From the UHGV virus genome UHGV-0060642: a stretch of DNA of 41,777 bases; one strand, written 5' to 3'. The position numbers and the translations under genes are program-made. This document shows positions 36,703 through 41,777 of this stretch, one piece after another. Each line of letters begins with the position of its first letter. Positions within the stretch are counted from its first letter, which is position 1. The stretch is from a virus. The notes below the pieces were generated by a model that saw only the letters and a list, made by a program, of their open reading frames with translations, was not told the origin of the DNA and did not search any database.

Positions 36703-39417
36703 ATGTTTATTATGCCAGAACAATTATACAACGTAGTTGTTTCACAACCAAGTCAGTTATTTACTTTAGCTCGCTCGTTTAAAGCAAATGCCAATGGCAA
36801 AATTTATATCGGTAAAATTGACACTGACCCGGTAAATCCTGAAAACCAGATTCAAGTTTATGTAGAGAACGAAGATGGCTCTCACGTTCCTGTTGCACAG
36901 CCAATCGTCATCAATGCCGCTGGGTATCCAGTATATAACGGACAGATTGCCAAATTCGTAACCGTGCAAGGCCATTCTATGGCTGTTTACGATGCTTATG
37001 GCACTCAGCAGTTTTATTTTCCAAATGTATTAAAATACGATCCAGATCAGTTTGGCCCAGACTTCAAAGAGCAGTTATCTCAATCAGGAGCATACATTAA
37101 TGATGATTCAAAAGGTGATGCATTAATTGGGGTAAGGCAGCCATTTACCGGGGCTGTAACTATAACTCAGCATGAAAACAATGCTCTTTTCTTAAATGTA
37201 AAACAATTCGGAGCAATTGGGGATGGGAAATATCATCCATTATCTGAGAGGTTTTCTTCAATTTCTGAAGCAAAATCCTTATATCCTTTTGTTGACTCAT
37301 TATCTCAGTCAATAGACTGGGCCGCGTGGCAAGCTGCCCTTAACACAGGAAAGGTTATTTATGGTACTGATAATGCGTATGTAATAACGGATACGTTAAC
37401 ACCTGTTTCTGGTGGTGGGATAATTGGTCTTGGTGTGGGCAAATGGGTCTCCGGATATACTGCAACATTTGCTCCTGATATTACCACAGGGACCACATTC
37501 CTGATGTACGGGGTAGGAAATAAAAAATATACTGTAGATTGTGTTTCTAATATGGATGTTAGTGGTGGTGTGGTTTCTAATCCATCTTCCGAAGACCCGT
37601 ATACAACAACAGCACCTGCGTCATCATATGATTTATTGGATTTTACTAACGGTGATGCTAATGGGACTACAAGAGCCACGCTTAAACCATTCTCTGCCGC
37701 AATATTGATGCCTGAGACAGGATGTGTTCGCCTTGAGAACTTTCGTGTTGTTCCATATTTCAATGGGCTGGATGGTTATAAAGACATTGCAAATACCGGT
37801 CTTGGCGATGAGTGGGATGTAGGTATTTGGTCACGTGCGTCTTTTGGCAATGAATACCGCAATTTGCAGGTGGTTGGATACTGGCGCAAGACGGCACTTT
37901 TAAAAACGAACATTCCTGTATCTGGCACGCTGGCTGCTCAGGGCGAGGATGAAAACTATTATCACTGTAGATTCCAGGGATTCAAGGGTGTTTCGATCCG
38001 CGCCAATGATGTATTCCGAATTACAGCGGTAACGTCCAGCACTATCGAAATCCCATGGTCAGCAAGCCACACCTTCGAAACGTCCGGAGTTTTAAGATCT
38101 GGAGGCAGGAATTTCACTTATTCAGGATTATCCGTATCCGGTGATAAGTTAGTATTTACTGGAGTGTCTAACGCTTCTGAGGCAACAGTAGGTTCTACTA
38201 TACGGCGAAATGACATAGATAACTTTGGTATGGCGGGAACGCAATTTTTCGATTGCTACATTACCAGCCTGTATCACCACACACATCTGCTTGCCACATC
38301 GCAATACCTGTCTCAACCATTCAGCCGACCATCAGAGTGTATGGAGGTTTCAGGGGAACCAGTTCGCGGTGTACAGGTACATGCAGGAACCATTCAGGGA
38401 TGGGATGATGTTCTTATTCATCTGCATGACTGTGGAAATATGAACTTTTACAGTACATATTTCGAAAGCCAGCAAGCATATGTAACTATAAATGGTGGTA
38501 ATGCTATTGGTTATGGAGCACGTATGATAGCTTCCCGGCAATCAACAAGCTCATTACCATATGCAGCAGGGAATACACGAGTGCTTAGAATGGTCGGGTG
38601 CTCTGAAGGCAATGGCGTTGACTGGGGTCCTGTATTTAACAACTATACAGGAGGAAGATATAATTCTGGAGACGGTGTATTTAACCCCCGCGATGCATTT
38701 ATAGACCATAAATCTCTTCCTGAGCAGTCAGGAGGTGAGTCAAGACTCGTATCACAAAAAGGAAATGCCAGAGTAGTATGTGGTGTTGGTAAAACTGTAC
38801 TGCTTGGACCAACGTCAGGAGATTGTAATTTACAGAGTAATACCGGAAGTTTAAATATTAGAAGTGGGATAAGAGTAAGAGTCGGTCACGCTGATGGAAC
38901 AGACTGGTGGTTGGCAGATGCTAATAAAATAGCTCCTGTTGATGATAATGTTAAAGCTATTGGACAGCCATCAAACAGATGCTCTGTTATCTATGCAGGA
39001 ACCGGGTCAATCAATACATCAGATGAAACTCTTAAAACAAGATATGATATTCTTAATGCAGAGCGTGATGCCGCTATTGAAATAAAGTCAGTCATCTATA
39101 AATTTAAATTTAATGACTCAATTAATCACAAAGGAATTGAGTCGTCCAGGTATCATTTTGGCGTTGGCGCTCAAACTGTAGGGGATATTCTTAGAAAGCA
39201 TGGTTTAAATCCTGAGCAATATGCTTTTTGGTGTTACGATGAATGGCCTGACGTATGGGATGAAGAGGTGATAACTGAAGAGAGCACAGATCCTGATACA
39301 GGTGAGAAAATTTATTCTCAATATAAAACAGGAGATATGATTCTTGTAAAAAAAGCAGGAGGACGCTACGGAATTCGTTATGACGAATTGGCTATGTTTA
39401 TATTAATGGCAATGTAG
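36703..39417 (+). CDS. Tailspike: P22-type head-binding domain, central beta-helix domain, C-terminal intramolecular-chaperone (S74-like) domain
   Basis: N-terminus ...[49 protein letters not shown]...[15 protein letters not shown]...NVLKYDPDQ matches the P22 gp9 head-binding domain; C-terminus ...[11 protein letters not shown]...[23 protein letters not shown] resembles auto-cleaving chaperone domains of T5 pb1 and K1F endosialidase; alternative ATG at 36712. Confidence 0.88.
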   Translation: MFIMPEQLYNVVVSQPSQLFTLARSFKANANGKIYIGKIDTDPVNPENQIQVYVENEDGSHVPVAQPIVINAAGYPVYNGQIAKFVTVQGHSMAVYDAYGTQQFYFPNVLKYDPDQFGPDFKEQLSQSGAYINDDSKGDALIGVRQPFTGAVTITQHENNALFLNVKQFGAIGDGKYHPLSERFSSISEAKSLYPFVDSLSQSIDWAAWQAALNTGKVIYGTDNAYVITDTLTPVSGGGIIGLGVGKWVSGYTATFAPDITTGTTFLMYGVGNKKYTVDCVSNMDVSGGVVSNPSSEDPYTTTAPASSYDLLDFTNGDANGTTRATLKPFSAAILMPETGCVRLENFRVVPYFNGLDGYKDIANTGLGDEWDVGIWSRASFGNEYRNLQVVGYWRKTALLKTNIPVSGTLAAQGEDENYYHCRFQGFKGVSIRANDVFRITAVTSSTIEIPWSASHTFETSGVLRSGGRNFTYSGLSVSGDKLVFTGVSNASEATVGSTIRRNDIDNFGMAGTQFFDCYITSLYHHTHLLATSQYLSQPFSRPSECMEVSGEPVRGVQVHAGTIQGWDDVLIHLHDCGNMNFYSTYFESQQAYVTINGGNAIGYGARMIASRQSTSSLPYAAGNTRVLRMVGCSEGNGVDWGPVFNNYTGGRYNSGDGVFNPRDAFIDHKSLPEQSGGESRLVSQKGNARVVCGVGKTVLLGPTSGDCNLQSNTGSLNIRSGIRVRVGHADGTDWWLADANKIAPVDDNVKAIGQPSNRCSVIYAGTGSINTSDETLKTRYDILNAERDAAIEIKSVIYKFKFNDSINHKGIESSRYHFGVGAQTVGDILRKHGLNPEQYAFWCYDEWPDVWDEEVITEESTDPDTGEKIYSQYKTGDMILVKKAGGRYGIRYDELAMFILMAM

Positions 39418-39435
39418 TTGCAATAAATGCAGTAT

Positions 39436-39465
39436 ATCCCGCATAAAAATGCGGGATTGTTTTTA
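39436..39465 (+). terminator. Rho-independent terminator after the tailspike
   Basis: ATCCCGC-ataaaaat-GCGGGAT followed by TGTTTTT. Confidence 0.75.
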
Positions 39466-39725
39466 TCTGGTGTATTTATGAATTTTAAGTAAATTTTAGT
39501 ATTGATTACTGCATCGCAGTTAAAGCCTCATTACCTATGAGGCAAAACTGAGACACACAAGGCTTTGCACTGGATTGCAAGGCTTTGTGCTATCTGAGAT
39601 ATAGCAATGTTGGTTGCTCCACCTTTTCATCAAGCCAGTCCGCCCACCACTGCATCATTTCTCTGCGCTTATCGAGATACTGAGCATGGTTGTAAATTCA
39701 ACTAACCCAGTGAGTTGACAAAAAA

Positions 39726-39760
39726 TTAGCGCAAGAAGAAAAAAAATCACCTTGCGCTAA
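39726..39760 (-). promoter_or_regulatory. sib: sib/tI-like retroregulatory hairpin
   Basis: 10-bp stem TTAGCGCAAG ... CTTGCGCTAA around an A-rich loop, just left of the P arm as in lambda. Confidence 0.55.
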
Positions 39761-39930
39761 TGCTCTGTTACAGGTCACTAATACCATCTAAGTAGTTGAT
39801 TCATAGTGACTGCACATGCTGTGTTTTGCAGTATTATGTAGTCTATTATTTAGATCAAAACCATCATAACACATTGATATTGATGATTTTTCTTGTTTCT
39901 CATTCAGCTTTTTTATACTAACTTGAGCGA
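39761..39930. promoter_or_regulatory. attR: attR (lambda P arm, core GCTTTTTTATACTAA near 39907-39921, host B' arm)
   Basis: ctgttacaggtcactaataccatctaagtagttgattcatagtgactgca... matches recalled lambda attP P arm; core followed by CTTGAGCGAAACGGGAAGGTAAAAAG, recalled as E. coli attB right-side sequence. Confidence 0.9.
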
Positions 39931-40011
39931 AACGGGAAGGTAAAAAGACAAAAAGTTGTTTTTAATACCTTTAAGTGATACCAGATGGCATTGCGCCATC
40001 TGGCAGAGTGA

Positions 40012-40488
40012 TTAACTAAACATCGCAGTAATCGAGGCACTCGCCAGAGAGTGAAAATGAACGTTAAACCCGACCATCGCGCCGCTGGCACCTTCATCGA
40101 CATCAATACGTTCTACATCCAGCGCGTGAACGGTAAAAATGTAGCGATGGGTTTCGCCTTTCGGCGGCGCTGCGCCATCGTACCCGGTTTTACCAAAGTC
40201 GGTACGCGTCTGCAAAACGCCGTCTGGCATAGCTACCAGACCAGAGCCAAACCCTTGCGGTAATACGCGGGTATCAGCGGGTAAATTAACAACTACCCAG
40301 TGCCACCAGCCGGAGCCGGTTGGCGCATCCGGGTCATAGCAGGTGACAACAAAACTTTTCGTTCCCACAGGAACATCATCCCACGCCAGATGCGGTGAAA
40401 TATTATCGCCATCGTAACCCATGCCGTTAAAGACATGACGATGCGGCAGCTTATCGCCATCGCGCAGATCGTTACTGATGAGTTTCAT
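40012..40488 (-). CDS. ybhB: Host YbhB (PEBP/RKIP-family protein)
   Basis: 158 aa MKLISNDLRDGDKLPHRHVFNGMGYDGDNISPHLAWDDVP...; PEBP-family motifs; located next to attB-lambda in E. coli. Confidence 0.9.
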   Translation of the reverse strand: MKLISNDLRDGDKLPHRHVFNGMGYDGDNISPHLAWDDVPVGTKSFVVTCYDPDAPTGSGWWHWVVVNLPADTRVLPQGFGSGLVAMPDGVLQTRTDFGKTGYDGAAPPKGETHRYIFTVHALDVERIDVDEGASGAMVGFNVHFHSLASASITAMFS

Positions 40489-40499
40489 TAGAATGCCTC

Positions 40500-41777
40500 C
40501 GGGAAACCTCGGCCTTCAGACCGGGGAGGAAAGGAGGCGGTTTTCCGACTAACTGTACTTTGCATAATCACATTTTCCTCTTTAGTATGTGAACACATGA
40601 AACGCGCATATAAATACCGGTTTTACCCGACAACTGAGCAGGCTGAGCTTTTAGCTCAGACGTTTGGCTGTGTGCGCTTCGTCTACAATTCCATCCTTCG
40701 TTGGCGTACCGATGCGTACTACGAGCGAAAAGAAAAGATCGGTTATCTACAGGCCAACGCTCGCCTTACGGCGCTCAAAAAAGAGCCTGAATACATATGG
40801 CTGAATGATGTTTCCTGCGTTCCCCTCCAGCAGTCGTTGCGCCACCAACAAGCCGCCTTTGCTAACTTCTTTGCCGGACGAGCTGCATATCCGGCTTTCA
40901 AAAGCAAACGGCACAAACAGGTGGCTGAGTTCACTGCCAGCGCGTTTAAACACCGTGACGGCGAGTTGTATATAGCAAAGAGCAAGTCGCCGCTGGATGT
41001 TCGCTGGAGTCGAGAATTACCATCTGCGCCGTCAACCGTTACCATTTCCAGAGATAGCGCTGGCAGGTACTTTGTTTCCTGCCTGTGTGAGTTTGAACCT
41101 GTATCAATGCCTGTTACCGCTAAAACGGTCGGCATTGATGTGGGCTTAAAAGATTTATTCGTCACCGATACCGGATTCAAAACCGACAATCCCCGCCACA
41201 CCGCTAAATATGCGAAGCGATTAACGCTGCTACAGCGACGTTTAAGCAGGAAGCAAAAAGGCTCAAGAAACCGTATTAAAGCCCGCTTAAAGGTCGCCCG
41301 ACTCCACGCGAAAATCGCCGATTGCCGGATGGACAATCTGCACAAGTTGTCCCGCAAACTGATTAACGAAAACCAAGTTGTTTGCGTCGAATCCCTCAAG
41401 GTGAAAAACATGATCCGCAACCCGAAGCTGTCTAAAGCAATAGCTGACGCAGGCTGGAGCGAACTTGTTCGCCAGCTCCAGTACAAAGGCAAATGGGCCG
41501 GGCGGTCAGTGGTCGCCATTGACCAGTATTTACCGTCCTCAAAATGCTGTAGTTGCTGCGGTTTCACCATGCAAAAAATGCCTCTTAATGTTCGTAAATG
41601 GCACTGCCCTGAATGCGGCGCAGACCATGATCGCGACATTAACGCGGCACGTAATATTAAAGCTGCCGGGCTGGCAGTGTTAGCCCACGGAGAGCCTGTA
41701 AACCCTGAATCGCAGCACGCGGCTTAGGTTCGGCTCGTTGAAGTGGGAATCCCCGTCATTCAGGGCGGGGAGCCGTC
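40500..41777 (+). mobile_element. Probable TnpB-only IS200/IS605-type element (ends not defined; may extend beyond the window)
   Basis: tnpB inserted upstream of ybhB; hairpin-capable sequence after the tnpB stop (tccccg...cgggga) could belong to the right end/omega-RNA region; no tnpA present. Confidence 0.45.
40597..41727 (+). CDS. tnpB: IS200/IS605-family TnpB (OrfB) RNA-guided-nuclease-like protein
   Basis: 376 aa; N-terminal hallmark KRAYKYRFYPTTEQ; C-terminal zinc finger CCSCCG...CPECG; RuvC-like segments (GIDVGL..., ...DRDINAARNI). Confidence 0.85.
   Translation: MKRAYKYRFYPTTEQAELLAQTFGCVRFVYNSILRWRTDAYYERKEKIGYLQANARLTALKKEPEYIWLNDVSCVPLQQSLRHQQAAFANFFAGRAAYPAFKSKRHKQVAEFTASAFKHRDGELYIAKSKSPLDVRWSRELPSAPSTVTISRDSAGRYFVSCLCEFEPVSMPVTAKTVGIDVGLKDLFVTDTGFKTDNPRHTAKYAKRLTLLQRRLSRKQKGSRNRIKARLKVARLHAKIADCRMDNLHKLSRKLINENQVVCVESLKVKNMIRNPKLSKAIADAGWSELVRQLQYKGKWAGRSVVAIDQYLPSSKCCSCCGFTMQKMPLNVRKWHCPECGADHDRDINAARNIKAAGLAVLAHGEPVNPESQHAA

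Larger units (their letters stand above)
1..39921. mobile_element. Integrated mosaic lambdoid prophage (attL P' arm to attR core); attL core lies just upstream of the window
   Basis: Lambda attP P' arm sequence at 1-49 next to int; lambda P arm plus core GCTTTTTTATACTAA near 39907-39921 followed by host attB-side sequence and ybhB; full set of phage modules in between. Confidence 0.9.

Noticed and set aside
40743-41639. 298-aa minus-strand ORF antisense to tnpB
   Set aside because: Fully nested antisense to a gene with clear TnpB hallmarks; Cys/Arg/Ser/Leu-rich translation typical of a shadow ORF.
1-41777. tRNA, rRNA or CRISPR arrays
   Set aside because: No cloverleaf-like conserved tRNA features (for example GTTCGAATC T-loop) or regular repeat-spacer arrays seen by eye; integration is at attB-lambda, not a tRNA gene.

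Overview
The window holds a complete, roughly 39.9 kb mosaic lambdoid prophage inserted at the E. coli lambda attachment site, followed by host ybhB and an IS200/IS605-type tnpB. It opens inside the P' arm of attL (the core lies just upstream of position 1) and ends past attR (core near 39907-39921). In order: lambda-type int and xis; an early-left accessory block with a Sak4-like ATPase and SSB-like protein in place of Red; lambda-like kil, cIII, ral and an N-family antiterminator; a P22-type immunity region (c2, cro, c1 with 18-bp operators and nutL/nutR); an iteron-containing replication initiator plus DnaB-like helicase; a nin region (ninB, ninD, a C5 cytosine methyltransferase, ninF, ybcO-like, rusA, ninH); lambda Q, pR'/6S/tR', S, R, Rz/Rz1; an rha moron; a P22-like podovirus virion module (terS, terL, portal, scaffold, coat, gp4, gp10, gp26, ejection proteins); an immI-like region (mnt, arc, ant); an HNH endonuclease; and a chimeric tailspike. 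Protein identities are from recalled similarity, not database searches. The best candidate for an undescribed system is a three-gene minus-strand cassette (32964-34319) directly downstream of mnt, in the position P22 uses for superinfection exclusion. Also notable is a 269-codon stop-free alternate frame nested in the methyltransferase gene. No tRNA, rRNA or CRISPR array was seen.
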